The position numbers were made by a program, and so were the translations under genes. A stretch of 64,000 bases of DNA, taken from Daphnia carinata. Taxonomy: Eukaryota. Numbering within the stretch: the first letter of the stretch is position 1; each line of letters opens with the position of its first letter. The notes below the pieces were generated by a model, which worked only from the letters and a program-made list of their open reading frames with translations, was not told the origin of the DNA and ran no database searches. The stretch is from assembly GCF_022539665.2 (NCBI RefSeq), contig NC_081331.1:6944001-7008000 (forward strand). The letters are read 5' to 3'. Below, in pieces: positions 1 to 13,600 of this stretch.

Positions 1-286
1 AACTCCGCAAGTCAGTTTGGCATTGATTAGCCACATCTCTATTGCATAAAGTTGATACGAAAATGAAGAGAGCAAGTTTTTAGGGTGGAGTGGAACGCCC
101 CGAGTGGCACTGATGTCAAAACAAAAGAGAAACACGAGATGAGCAAAGAGAAAAGACCTCATCTCAGTTTGTTTTGTTTTGTTTTTTTTTTGTTTTTTTT
201 TTATACTTCCAAAAGTCGCCTCTATTGCGATTGCTTTTCTGTTCGGACACGACGTTCATCACGTCATTTGTTTGGATAGAGAGTGC

Positions 287-308
287 GTGTGTGTGTGTGT
301 GTGTGTGT
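287..308. repeat. (GT)n microsatellite, representative of many CA/GT repeats in the window
   Basis: gtgtgtgtgt... Similar runs occur at ~1031, 1864, 4475, 9329 and 63209. Confidence 0.9.
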
Positions 309-3300
309 CTCGTTTGCTATTCATTATTCGTGCGGTCTCATCCGTAGAGGATTGGGGCCAACCAGGGCTGAAGGGAACGGATAACGGGGAGAAGGAAAGG
401 ACGAAAGATGTTGAGTCGTCGAACGTGACGTCACTACATCCTCGTTACTCGTTAAGCCAGTCATTGTCCGTACGTGAAAACCATCTCACAATAGCTCTCC
501 CCCCGCTGTTTCCTTTCCTTTTGTACAACGTATCTCTTCCGTGCCGATGCCAGTCGGGCCCAACTATATCACTCGATACGTGATTGACTTCTCAGTTTAC
601 CCAACGAGAGAGAAAAAAAAAAAAAAAAAAAGGGCGGACGGCCTAAGATCTTCAACTATCGCGGCCCAGCTGAACGTTTCCCTTTTCCCTCTTTCAAAAA
701 TTCGAATATTTTATCCGTGTTCTAGTGACGTATTAATGTTTCAATCAGATGAGATCCCAAACGAGCTCTTTCTACCACTTCATCTTGTGCGATGATAGTT
801 TTGATATTTTTACGATCGTGTCCGGATGACAAACATTCCCCCCCCCCTCTTGCTATTCATTGTTCCACGTCACGTTGTTTTTTGTTTTGTTTTTTTCTTT
901 TCTTGTTCCTTCGTTAGTCTCTTATTTTTTGTGGTGATGTTGTTTTGTTGTTTTGCTACCAAAATGGGGGGGGGGGGGGGCCTTCGATCGCGCTAGTTTT
1001 TTTTTTGTTTTGTTTTCTCTCTCACTCTCGCACACACACACACACACACACTGCTCAAACTGCGCTGGCAACTCTCTACAATGTGTTGACCAAAGGAGAT
1101 CCATCACAAACATTGACATCCTCTCAGGCTTGGTCGGCTATGATGGATCTGGTCCCATTCTCTTTGGGATCTCTCTCTCCTCTCCTCTCCTCTCTCTCTT
1201 TTTATTTATTTTTTATTTTTTTTTTTTTTTTGGTTCTATTTTACCCTCGGTCTGCCTCTTTGGAGTTCCCCGTTGGATCGGGGTGAAGCTGACATTGGTG
1301 CCCCCGCCGAAATGCACACGGAAACAGCGAGCGCCAGTATCCGCCCACTGCGTGTGATATCGAAATCGATCGAATCAATGGACCTTCGCGTCTCCCTCCT
1401 GTCTCTCTTGTGCCTCAGCCACATCGAACGACTTGCAAGGACACATCGCTCAACTTGAAATGGAAAAAAACCTACATGGCGATTGACACTCCCAACCAAA
1501 AAAAAAAAAACAAAAAAAAAAAAAAGAGTTACCCCCAATAAAGTCACTTTCGCTCGGGGTTTATCGCATACACACTCGTTTAAAATAAATAGATATACAT
1601 GTATATAAAACAAGGCGTTATCAGTGTGACGTGTAGCAGCTGAAGAAAGTCGAGTTTCTCAGGTGGACAAACGAGAGACAAGTCCACGTCAAATGTTGAA
1701 GTTATGTCGTCTGACTTTTTCAGCAAAACTTTCATTAAATGTCAGTTGAGATAGAGTCGAGACAAAGTGTTCTAGTTGCTGAGCAAAAAAAAAAAACTCG
1801 TTATAGAGTGGCGTGTTGTCCACCTTTGTAAACCGGATGACATTGCGCATTTCAAAAATGTTTGTGTGTGTGTGTGTGTGTGAAAAATAAAAAAAAAATA
1901 TGTGTGCGGGGCGTGGCACGTTGCGGTTCACCTAGATGCTTCAGCCTTTCGCCTTTATACAGCCGAAGAGTTGTAGGCAAAAAAAAAAAAAAAAACAATT
2001 TTTTTTTAGGCTACACAAGAAACAAGAAAAAAAAAAAAAAAAAAAAAAAAGGTACCACGAGAACGAGGCGTCGGGTAACCGCCAACTTCTCGTTCACCCA
2101 ATCAATTTCCCGAGGCTAACAAGACGCTCCGTTCAACACGTACCAACAAGTCCACCTGTTGTTCCCGTTTTTCTCAAACTAAACCATCAGAAAAAAAAAA
2201 ATTCCAAAAATCAAAGCCAACTAAACAAACAAACTAAAAATAAAAAAAAAAAAAAAAAAAAAAATGTTGGAATGAAGGAAAAACAGAGCAAAAAAAAAAA
2301 AAAAAAAAAAAAAAAAGGAACAGACAGAAAAAGGAGTCTGGAACAGAGAGTCATTATGGAAAATGGTTTTAGGAATGACGAAATTGGGCGTACGCTCTTG
2401 TGTACACACAGTTCCATGGATGCGCAACGCGAGAAAAGATGCGCGGGTGTTTTCTTTTTATTTTTTATTTTTCCTCCCCCCCCCCCCCCCAAAAAAAAAA
2501 AAAATTTCTTTTTCACAAATACACGTAGACAAAAGAGGTCCTCCGCCCCAGTCCCGTCTTCAGCCTCCGCCTTTTTCCTCTCGAAAAAGAAACCCCCCTC
2601 CCCCCCCCATCGACTGTATTTCTCTGAAAAAAAAATTGTTTTCTCCTTTCTTTTCACGTGCGTGTGTGTGTGTGTACCTTTTCGCCACTGGGTCGTGCGC
2701 GCGAAGCCCGTCAAATAAAAAAAAAAAAAAAAAAAACAACTGGGTGGACGAAGGGGCAATGAGTTTGGTGACTAGCAGTCAGCCCAAATGACGAGAAGGA
2801 GCTCGCGTCGAAAACGCGCGGGCGTGAAAAGAAATGTAAACGAACTCGTGTCGCGATCCAAACAGGCGGCGTCTAACCCGCACACGTTTAAGTGAAACGT
2901 CCCTCGCAAAGAAGAGAAAACCGTAGACCCCATCAGAAAATATCGGAAAAAAAAAAAAAGGCCTAACACGAAGAGGGGGAGGAGGGGTTTCTCATTAGTG
3001 AGCTGATGATAGGCTACGTAACAAAATGGTGGGCGATTCCAGCTTTTTTTTTTTTTTTCTCTCTTTCTGTCTCACTCTTCGCTTGTTGTATACAGACAAC
3101 GGCCAGATGAAGTCGCTCGTAATGCTTAGCGCAGAGAGAGAGAGAGAGCTCGTCTCGTCGGAAGATAACACTTTTTTTTTTTTTCTTCAAATGTTACCAG
3201 GGCAACGAAGGATGCGTGGAAACGACGTTAGCGACGACTGGAACGGCGTGTAAGAGCCTCAAAGTTCGCCATAGGGAGACAGAGGAAAGAAGACGCACAT

Positions 3301-3655
3301 CCATATAACGGCATCGTTTACCATACGCAGGCCAAAAACGCGACGTAGATGAATAACCTTCACACTATCGTCTTGCAGGCAATGGCTCAATGATCGATGT
3401 GAATATGGTGAGTCGCCCGTTTTTTTTGCTTAAAAATTATTATTCCGGAAAGAAAAAAAAAAAAAAGGCATATCTCGACTAAAAGATCTAAAAAAAAAAA
3501 AAAAAAGGGAAGGTGTTGTAAATTATGAAGAAAAAAAAAAAAAAAATGATAGAAAGAAACATTGTTGTTATCGAAAATCAAGGTGAAGTTTTTGAATGGG
3601 GCGACGCGTAAGAATAGCCGAGTGGGACAAGCCCCCAGTGCACACACACACATAC

Positions 3656-3795
3656 GTGATACTCGTGTAACAAAAAATCGGTTGGCACAATATCACTTCT
3701 TCTTCTTCTTCAAACGGTGAGATATTGGAAGCGATTTGTGAAAGAGGCTTGGCACTGTAGGAGGCCTTTGACAATTTACGGCATCCAATAATCAG
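3656..3795 (-). other. Candidate 140-nt exon of an unidentified transcript
   Basis: Long polypyrimidine acceptor ttttcccctttttctttttgcctcctcctctCAG and donor cac|GTATGT. Confidence 0.35.
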
Positions 3796-4474
3796 CTGAG
3801 AGGAGGAGGCAAAAAGAAAAAGGGGAAAATTTTTTTTTTTTTTTTTACTTGACTTGAGAAAAAAAAAAAAAAAATAGGGAAGTGATTTGGTGTCAGAGTT
3901 GGCCGTGTCGAGACAAATGTGCCACGACGCACAATCTCGCACCAGACCGTGACGAACCGTTTTGTCCCGGGCCGGGAGAGAAAGAGTCAAGGGAGAGAGA
4001 ATGATCACGCGCTGCGGGCGTTTGGCACGAACGAAGTGATCCTTTTCCTAAACTCGAGCCCCCCCCCCCCTCCTCTCGTGAATAAATAATGACATCAACA
4101 TTTTTTTTCATCTTCTTCTTCTTCTTCTTCTTGTCTTGTTGTCGGTTGCGTGTATTAGATCCCGTGTTTATCTAGTGTAACCGCCCTCCCCCCCTTCAAG
4201 GATCCCGTCCGTCTGGTAGCTTTTTCTTTCTTTCTTTTTTTTTTCTCGTGAATCACAGTACGAGAATATGTAGAAGAACCAACGAACCAACTAACTAAAT
4301 AACTCACTAACTAACCGTACCGTCATAATCAATTCATGTGGCGCACTGGCACCGAGTGAACCCAATCCGTCACAATAACTCTGCGTCAGAAATGTGTCTA
4401 CGAGAGCCCGAGGAACGGAGCACACACAAAGATCGCCTCCATTCTCTATATTTTTGTGTTGTCCGGGGAAACAG

Positions 4475-4506
<32 letters not shown>

Positions 4507-4933
4507 ATAACAATGTCAAAGAGAAAACAAAAACAAAAAAACAAGAGGAAGATTTTCATCTTAGAGGGACTATGCAATTGTGTTCGACACTGGAATCGCT
4601 TTGTAACGGCTTCCAGCCTTCAAAAGCTGTTGGGCATGCTGGAACTGTACCAAAAAAAAAAAAAAAGAAAAAAACGAGAAACTGATTTCACTTCGGAGGA
4701 ATTGTTTTCTAGCAAGAGGGCAAAATACACATCCACCAGCGCGTATATACTAGAAGAACTTTCAAAGATGGAGCTTGTCAGCAACGAGAAAGATGGAGAG
4801 ACCTGTCATCATTTCTCTCTGACTCTACGAGCTCCTCTTTTTTTTTTTTTCCTCCAAAACTGGCTCCTCTCTCCCTCGAGGTTTTTTAATTCCGTCTTTT
4901 GTGTGCTGAATGGATACTGTATTCCAAGGCAAA

Positions 4934-4962
4934 AGGAAGGAAGGAAGGAAGGAAGGAAGGAA
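4934..4962. repeat. (AGGA)n tetranucleotide repeat
   Basis: aggaaggaaggaaggaaggaaggaaggaa, followed by (GAA)n. Confidence 0.85.
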
Positions 4963-7296
4963 GAAGAAGAAGGAAAGAAAAAAAGAATTTTCATCGCACC
5001 GTTCCGGAAACACATGCCATTTTTCGACACGAGAAACACGTCCATTCACAGCTCCTGTGGATATTTTTTCTTCCTTTTAAAGTTCCACGTTAGGTATTGC
5101 TAATTAACGTTGCACCTCGTCGTCCCCAACTTTGATTTTTTTTTCCTCTCCTAAACCTACTTTCGACGATGATCAATCCATGTAAGATCGTTGGCTGCCT
5201 TCGTCCCAACGCCACTTTTCGTGACAGCTAATATGTATATATATAGATATAGATATACGCGCAAGATACGGAGACATATTCCAGCTGGTCTGTCTACTCG
5301 ACATTCTTTGTCCATCACAACAGAAAAAGTCATACATTCCTAACTTCACACCAACGTTTTCTCTCTGTCTCTTTTTTTCTTTTCTATACCAACTGCGATA
5401 TCAAAATCGAACGGTTGGCTATACCATTGCCCTTCTGTAGTCCGTTTGACGTTATTAGACCACTGGTTCGCCAACTTTTTTTTTTTTTTTTCTTCGTCGT
5501 TCGATACATAATAAATATTTTTTTTTGTTTTCTTTCTTTCTTCGTGTCACCCGTCAGAACAGCGTGCGGTTGTGCCCGTCAGGCTGACGGGCTTCTCGAA
5601 GGCCACTCGATACGCGTGCACACCCCTCCAAAAAAAAAAAAAAAAAAAAAAAAAAAGGAAAGAAAAATGTATTTTTTTTTTTTTTCCGTTCCTGATTTGA
5701 TTGACAAAATCTCGCCTACCCTGCAGGAAAGATCAATCGGCTTTCAATTCGCTTTGTTTTTTTGTTAAAAAAAGAAAGAAAAATCTAGGCGGACTAGAGG
5801 TGCATAAAAAGTTGGCCAGTGTTATACACACACATCGGGTGAGTTGCACGCGGCCCGTCAACAGCCATATCATGCTTTATATGGAGTCAATCCAATTATG
5901 GTGCCAAGTAGCAAGCTCTGACCATCTCTTTTTTAGATGCTTTCTAAGTCTTGTTCACTCTCTTCCCAATAACTAATGCACCCCTTTCTTCTTCTTCTTC
6001 TTCTTTCGTTTCGATTGTGAAAGAGAGAAACATCAAAGGACACTATATTTTCTTTCAAAAGAAAAAAAAAAAAAAAAAAGAATTCCCCCTTACTCGGAAA
6101 AAACAATTGGGCTGCTTGGATGACGAACCGTTTGTTGACACTAAGTTTAAAAGGGTCGAAAAGAAGTTTTATGGATTGCTCTTACCGTTTTCGTCGAAAA
6201 TAGGTACGCCGCCGAAGACGGTGGCAAAACAACACCAGCGGAAAGCGACCGTGATAAATAAGACGGTGACATAACTGGTTGATATCCTCATTTTTATTTT
6301 CTTCGGGTGGTTATTTCCCTTTTTTTTTTTTTTTTTTAAATTGTTTGTTCGCGTCTCGTGGCGTTTTGCGACGCAAAGGTGAAAACGTTAAGTACTGGCG
6401 TTATTGATTTGTTTGTTCCGTGCCAGGAGATAAAAAGCAAAGGCACAATTCGATTACCCAGTTCAATCAATCACCATCGGTCCACACAATCACTGTTGCT
6501 GCTGCAGGCGTGTCAAAGGTCATCGGCAAGTCATTATGACGAGCTTTTCAACGATGGGGGGCTTCCGATTCAGCAGCGCACCACCACACGAAAACACTGG
6601 CCGTCTTGGTTTGGAGGCAAATCAAGAAGGGAGCCCTAGACTTATTGTTCCCTTCTTGTTGTTGTCAAAGTCGAAGAAAGAGAAAAAAAAATGGTAATGA
6701 TGCGACACAGGCTCCCAGTAAAGCTCGTTAAGAAGAGTCAAGCTTTTGATTGGTTGACGATGACAGAACGCCTCAACTACTTTTCTTTCGCCCTTTCGTT
6801 TTCGAAGCCTCGGCAGTCTGCAATCATCACGCGAATACACAACTGACACTCACACCTTTGACGGCCACGACTATGTTAATCGATCTTCTTCTTATTATTT
6901 CCCTCACTAGGTATGCGATTAATCAAGATTATTTTTCATCTATAAACACGAGCGATTCGTTTGAATAACTGCTGCAGACACTTGGCAAACTTTAAATTGA
7001 AAAACAAACAGACGACGAGGTATTTGGCTTCACACAGGTAAAACAACACAAACGTAAAGAAAACGGCCGCGAGAGGAGCGCAGCGGTACTTCCACACGGG
7101 CCGAGAGGCGAACCCAGACTGTTTCAAATACTGAAACCGTGGAACGGAAAAAGGAGGGGGATAGAAAACCAGAGAGAGAGAGAGAGAGAGAGCAAAACTA
7201 TAGAGCGGAGCCCATCCGCAGCTGTACTACGTATGCGTGTGTGACCGACTCCGCAGGCAACCGCTGGCTCTGCTCCCCCATCCTTCTCTTCTTCAT

Positions 7297-7328
<32 letters not shown>

Positions 7329-8145
7329 CCTTGTGCTTCTTCGTCGCTACACGGTAGGCCTTCTTCAACGAAAGAGTGATTCAATTGTAACAACAACAGT
7401 CCTCCGACAAGAAATTAAAGAAGCCTTTTCTGAACCGGTTAATCCTTCTATTTCGTTCTCATTTGGTACGGGACGAAAAAAAAAAAAAAAAAAAAAAAAA
7501 TAGGAAAAAAGACTCGGGATGGGCAAGAGAAACCGTAGAAAAAAAAAAAGAAAAAAAAAATGCAACAGACAAAAAGGTGGGCTTTCAAAACTGATGTGAA
7601 TGGTGGGCGGGTCATTAGAGGTCAGCCAAAGTGATACGATCAAAGGCGGAGGTCGCAACTGGCATTGCCACACAGACGCCGATATGCCGTCTGACTGAAA
7701 AAATCGTGTGCAACTGGGCACACACGCCCGACGAAGGGCGTACCACGCATAAATTTTAATCCGATTTTGTAACTTTTATGCTTCGAAAAAAAAACAAAAA
7801 AACAAAAAAAACAAATTAAAAATAAATAAAAAAGATGGAGGGGGGGGGGGGAAGGACACAAAAGCAATCAAACATCTACAAGGAGCATTACGAATGGATC
7901 GAAATCGACTGCGATTATATCACTCAACCGACTATTAACGTATTCCCAATTGAATAACGTAATAAACTAAGAGGGCTAAACGCCCGAACGAGAAGAGGGA
8001 GGAGACGAAAAGAAACAAACAGAAGAAACCAGATTGTGGAAAGAAAACATTCTCAGGCTGAGTGAGTGTCGATTGCGCGTGCACCATTTCACCACACAAG
8101 GCTCTAACGCGCCAGAATATCAAGATGTAACCTGTTATTTGGATT

Positions 8146-8149
<4 letters not shown>

Positions 8150-8184
<35 letters not shown>
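8150..8184. repeat. (CT)n microsatellite, representative of many GA/CT repeats
   Basis: tctctctc... Similar runs occur at ~7171, 10213, 22695 and 31952. Confidence 0.9.
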
Positions 8185-8187
<3 letters not shown>

Positions 8188-8961
8188 CTTGAAAGCTTCT
8201 TTTTGGATTTTGAGTTTTTTTTTTCCTCTGGCCCTTTCTCTTCAGCTTGGCTGATTCTTTTTAGGGGATCTGACACGAAGTGTGGAAACCACAAGTAAAC
8301 AAACAAATGCAACAGAATTGAGAGAAAGGCAGATCCGTGTGTTTGTAACAGACCAATGCGACACTACGAGCTTTCCTTACTTATATAGTAACATACAACT
8401 TTTTTTCTGCTGGGAACGAGTTTTTTCAGATCAAAAAAGAAGAGAAAAAATAAAATAAAAAGCAAGTCCGGCTGCATTCCAAACTGTCGTGACCGTGCGC
8501 GCACACACGGGGTTCCTCCCTATTTCTGAAAACACGGAAGAGAACGATAACTGAGGCAACTGGCCCGATCTCGAAAGGCCTTGCTGGCCACTACCTGAAT
8601 CCAGGTACGTACACACGCTTACACGAAATAGTTTAAGAACACAAAAACCGGTTGGTGACCAGCGCCATCTCTTTAATTAGACGAAATGTTTGTTTTGTTA
8701 TTTGAAGGCGTCAACAGATTTCATCGCGATTCAATTCATATTGTCACCTGACGCTCGTGGAATCGTTCGTCCCTCCTGGCTTAACGTACAGCCAAAACAT
8801 CCCATAATTCATTCGTGTACAGTATATCCGAGTCCCTTATCTATTTTGTAACTGGGTGGTAGCTGGAAATATCGAATAGCGTTCTCCTGTGACCGGCCAT
8901 TGTGCGCGCTACACAATCAATAAAATTGGGAACAGGTTCGAAGAATAATTCGTTTTCAATT

Positions 8962-8996
<35 letters not shown>

Positions 8997-10625
8997 ATAA
9001 GAGGGGCGAAAGAATAAAAAAAAAAAAAAAAAAGGCGAGAGAAAAAAGAATGGAATGAAAAAAAAAAAAAAATAAAAAAAAAGAGAAGATCGAAGAGCTC
9101 ACAATCGAAACGACGGGCTACAATCAAACGATATAACGGTTTGATGCATTGTGCGCCGGTTTTGTGACGTATGGGCAGGGAAGGCGAACCAACAATGATG
9201 ACAATAGTGCGGATAAAGAATAAGAAAATAACAACAAAAAAAAAAAAAAAAAAGAAGAGAAAAAAGAAACGAGAGAATCATCATAATAATAACCATAAAA
9301 AGTAGGTGGGAGGTGAATATTTTTGTCGCACACACACACACACACAGAGACACATAAGCTACGCCCCTATGACGCGATGCGGACACACAATAACCAATGG
9401 GATGACAAAAGATTTACCCAAAACCACTCGTCCATACACATGCATAACTGAACGTTTCGCTAGTTTTTTTGTTTTTTTTTTATTGATGACCTCTTTTCGG
9501 AGTCAGATGACCTTACGTGTGGCAGTCACTCATCGTCCATGATCTTTAAACTCTTCAAAAATTTCATAGGAGACAAACATCTGGCCTTTGTCCTTTAGAT
9601 TCTAATTGAAGCCACGTTCTCCAAAGGGCTCTTTAATAACAATCCTGAAGCTGTTTGGAATCAAAAGACGCATCGTTTCTTCGAACGAAGGACGGCCCTC
9701 TTCATTTCTACCACATGTGCACACATAAGGCATCGTTTTGGAAAGATTCGCTAAACAAACTCCACGTCAACCCCGAAAGGCGGGCGCTAGAAGTTTGTTT
9801 AATCAAGCCGGCCAGCAAACCGTAAGAAATGGAGTCACGAACTACTAGATACGGATAATGCTCTCTCTCTTCTTTATATAAGATTTTTGTTTCTTTAAAG
9901 TCTGTCTTGAATACCGGTTCAACCTGTTCAAAGGGGAATCTCATCAACAGATCTGAATTTTTTTGGGTTAAATCCACATTTTGATATCTACAACAGATTA
10001 AGCATCTCTGCAAATTCAATCAACCGGTTGCCGAGGAATCCTTGTTTTTTTTTGTTTTTGTTTTTTTCTTTTTGTTTCGCTTTATCTCCTATTTCTCTTC
10101 TTCTTCAGTAGAACCAGAAGCAACCCAAAGAATGTGTTAATCCAGACGGAACGAAAACGCTGATCGAAATCATCCAGTCGATGTCACAGTAATAAGAAAT
10201 CGTTGACAGACCAGAGAGAGAGAGAGAGAGACTGGTGAACTGATTATATTCGTAGTATCTTTATAGTCTTATCGGATCTGAGGGATTCAATCACGTTCTC
10301 CGACTTACAAGCTCGTAAGGACACGATACGTAACAAAAGCAGCAACGGCACAAAGTGAGCAACCGACGATCTCTCCCATCTTTTATTTCAAACGGGGCCC
10401 TTTTTTTTTTTTCTAGAGGTATACACAAGAAGAATGCAACCAATCGTCTTATTGAAAGTTGGATAATATTTTCCGTTCTGTCAAGGACGGAAGATTTTGA
10501 TAAATCGAGCGTGTAAACGGAGCCACGTTAAAACAGAGAGAGACCGAGAAAAGGAAACCCTAAGATACGGTTTTTATTTTCTATGCCTTTTGTTTTTATT
10601 TTTTTTATTTAAAAAAAATTTTTTC

Positions 10626-10658
<33 letters not shown>

Positions 10659-13600
10659 GGCGAAACAACTGTTTCCAAGTGGAAACAGTTCCAGATGAAT
10701 TCCAGGCTTCACATTCCGTCTCATTATTATTCGCAGCCGGTAACCTCTCTCTTTTTTTTTTTCTTTTCTCTCTTGTCTCTACTTTCAACTCTATGTCGTC
10801 CAAATACACTGCTGCTGTATGGCGATAGCTGCTGGTGCTACACACACGGAAAACATCTCGTTTCTCTCATCAGCACGCACGCCATGTGCGCATAGTGCCA
10901 CTGTCTTCTCTTTTTTCTTTCGTGTCTTTTCTCGAGTGAGCTCTTGTTTTCCCGATTTCTCATGGACACATTGACAGATATCTTTTTTTTTTTTTTTTCA
11001 AAAACTATAATTTTCAGCAGTGCTTTTTAGCCAGATAGATTCATCGACGCTGATATTTCTTGTCAGTTCCAAACAAGTTGTCTATTCAATCACGTTGTCG
11101 ACGTTTTTCGCTTTTATGGCAATTCGGTCATATACTTTCGACGTTCGATTTTTTCCTTTTGTGAACTCTTACTCGCGGAGACCTGGAGTACGAGCGAAGA
11201 AACTGAACGAGAACAAAAAAAAAAAAAAAAAAAAGGAAAAAGATATGCTAGAAAGCATTTCAATTAAATACATTCTCTCCTCTATTTCTCGTTTCCTTTT
11301 CAAAAAGTAAACTTTCAATATCCCCCCCCCCTTGCATCCCCCCCCCCCCGCTCCTTGTCTGTGACGTGAAGGATTTTTTATTATTTTTATTGCTTTTCTT
11401 TTTTCCTCTTGTTCAACGCTGGGGTGGCTTATAGAAACATATGGAAAAAAAGGGAAAAAAAAAAAAAAAAGAAAAAGACTTGGAAAAAGAGAAGGAGGAG
11501 GGCTCGGTGGACCATTGATTGAAAGTGTCTCAGCTGGAGATCGCCAGCGACTTCATCCTCTTCGACTTCCCTGAATATGAGGGTACCAAGGGGAGGATGC
11601 AATAGGTTATTTCTTTGGTCGGCAACACGCCATCTTCAGCTGACTCTTGACACAATAGGCCTTGTGTTCCTATGTAAAACCAATCGTTCATGATCAGTAT
11701 TCAACAACCGGGCATGTCGTGTTGCATGTGCGTACTCTATCAAGTGTACAGAACGTCTAGTGGAGACGCAACGTCAACTAGGTGTCGTTGCCTCACAAGA
11801 GGAAGAAACCGGAAAAAAAAAAGAAAAAAAGAAATGCATATGAAAAGGGTGTCAAAGCCTGTGAATGATTGCCGTTAGTCACAACTCCGTTCACGATGGA
11901 CGCATCGCGGTCCCCACCATTAACCTTAAAATCAATTTTCCGGTAAAGATTTTCCTTCTCGGGGCTTGGCAACAGCAACGTAAACTGTAAAGAGACGCTT
12001 AAAAAATGTTTTGGTTTTGTTGTCTATTGTGCTGCAATATGTGTGCGTAAAAAATTTTGCAACATTTAGACAGCGGCTTTTTTTTTTGTTTTCAAAACGT
12101 ACGATCTTGGAAAATGAAGGAATGTGAGGTGAACGAAATAGGTAAGATCGTTGATGATCGAGTTGATTACCGGTAACGAATTCGGAACGTTGTCCGAAAT
12201 GATCAATAAAAAAATGCTAATTGGCCGTTGCTCTTAGGTGACTTTGCAAAAAAAAAAAAAAAAAAAAAAAAGCGGAGAGGCCAACAAAAGAAAGGGCAAA
12301 GGTAATAAAAATAACAAGGATGTAGCGAACAACACAAAGGACGGCGCGGCTTCGATCGACGGCTATGAATTCTTGAAGGAATGAAATGCCAAAAATGTAA
12401 TATCGTTGCTTTGGTGGGGGGGGGGGTCCTGACAACCCTCCAGGCCCAGAAGCCAACCTACACAACATCTATGCGGTTGAAAGTATTGAGACACACTGCA
12501 AGTTTGGACTTTAGAAAAAAATTTCTTTATTTCGAAAAACTAAGTCCAACAAGGTTCGTTCCTTCTTATTGCTTTGTTTTCTCCAAGAAATTCATGTTTA
12601 AGACGAGTAATCGTTCAGTTTCCTACCAGGCATTTCTTTGATGGTCCCTTTTTGGATTTGTTTTCGTCGATTTTGGGAGTAACATCGCGGAAACCAACGG
12701 ATGCGGCAATCACTGTTAAAGATAAGCATTAAGTATTCTTAACTGTCATTCCTCATTTTTCAATTGGCGTTACCGGATATGGTAACGCAAACGTAACACG
12801 TTCAGCTCGCATTGTAGTTTATTTGGACATACCAAAATCGAAAAGTGAAAAGGTTGCAAATGGTAGCAGGTTTTTGTGATATCGACGTCTCCCCGGGACA
12901 CGTGTCACACGCTTACCAAATGATGCGATTTGACATGAATAAACTGCATACTGATGTGACGTAATGAATGCCTAAAAGAAAAAAAATACCAAGGGCGCAA
13001 AGAGAAAGGAGAGAACAATGTTCCTATAAAAAACAAACTGCGTCTAAATGGAATGTCTTTGAGGAAATCAGTAACACATACCGCGGTGTGTGTCCCTTAG
13101 GTCTACATTTTGCATAATTGCATCAAAGGTTTACAAGCAGCTTATTTTACAACATCAAAAGACAGGCGAAAATCACAACGTATATGAAACCACGCGGAAA
13201 CCTGATTATGACGTACTTTGAAGAGAAACCCCAGTCTTGTCGTTCTTAAATTGCAAATCTCTAACGAAAGGCAATAACGTAATCGTACAAGTTTTTCCCG
13301 TTGTCTTAAACGGACCGAAAGTTCCCCCGGTTATTCGATAAAATGAATGACAAGTATAGGCCTTTTCAGAGGCCTTTTCAGCTTAACTTTCGGTCACAGC
13401 ACGAACGGTCGCGTGACGGATAATTTCCTTAATCGAATTCCGAACGTTTTTTTTTTTCTTCCCCTCTCTCTCAGATACTTATGTTCGTTTATTTATAAAA
13501 ACTTAAAGTAAAAATTCTAAACTACCGGGCATCGCACACAGAGACCGCGAACTCGCAAATAACAATTCACTGCGCATTCCACAACGATACTTTAATGAGA

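Noticed and set aside
1936..2791. 260-, 182- and 142-aa ORFs
   Set aside because: Poly-K/poly-F translations of A/T homopolymers and microsatellites. The same applies to most short ORFs in the track.
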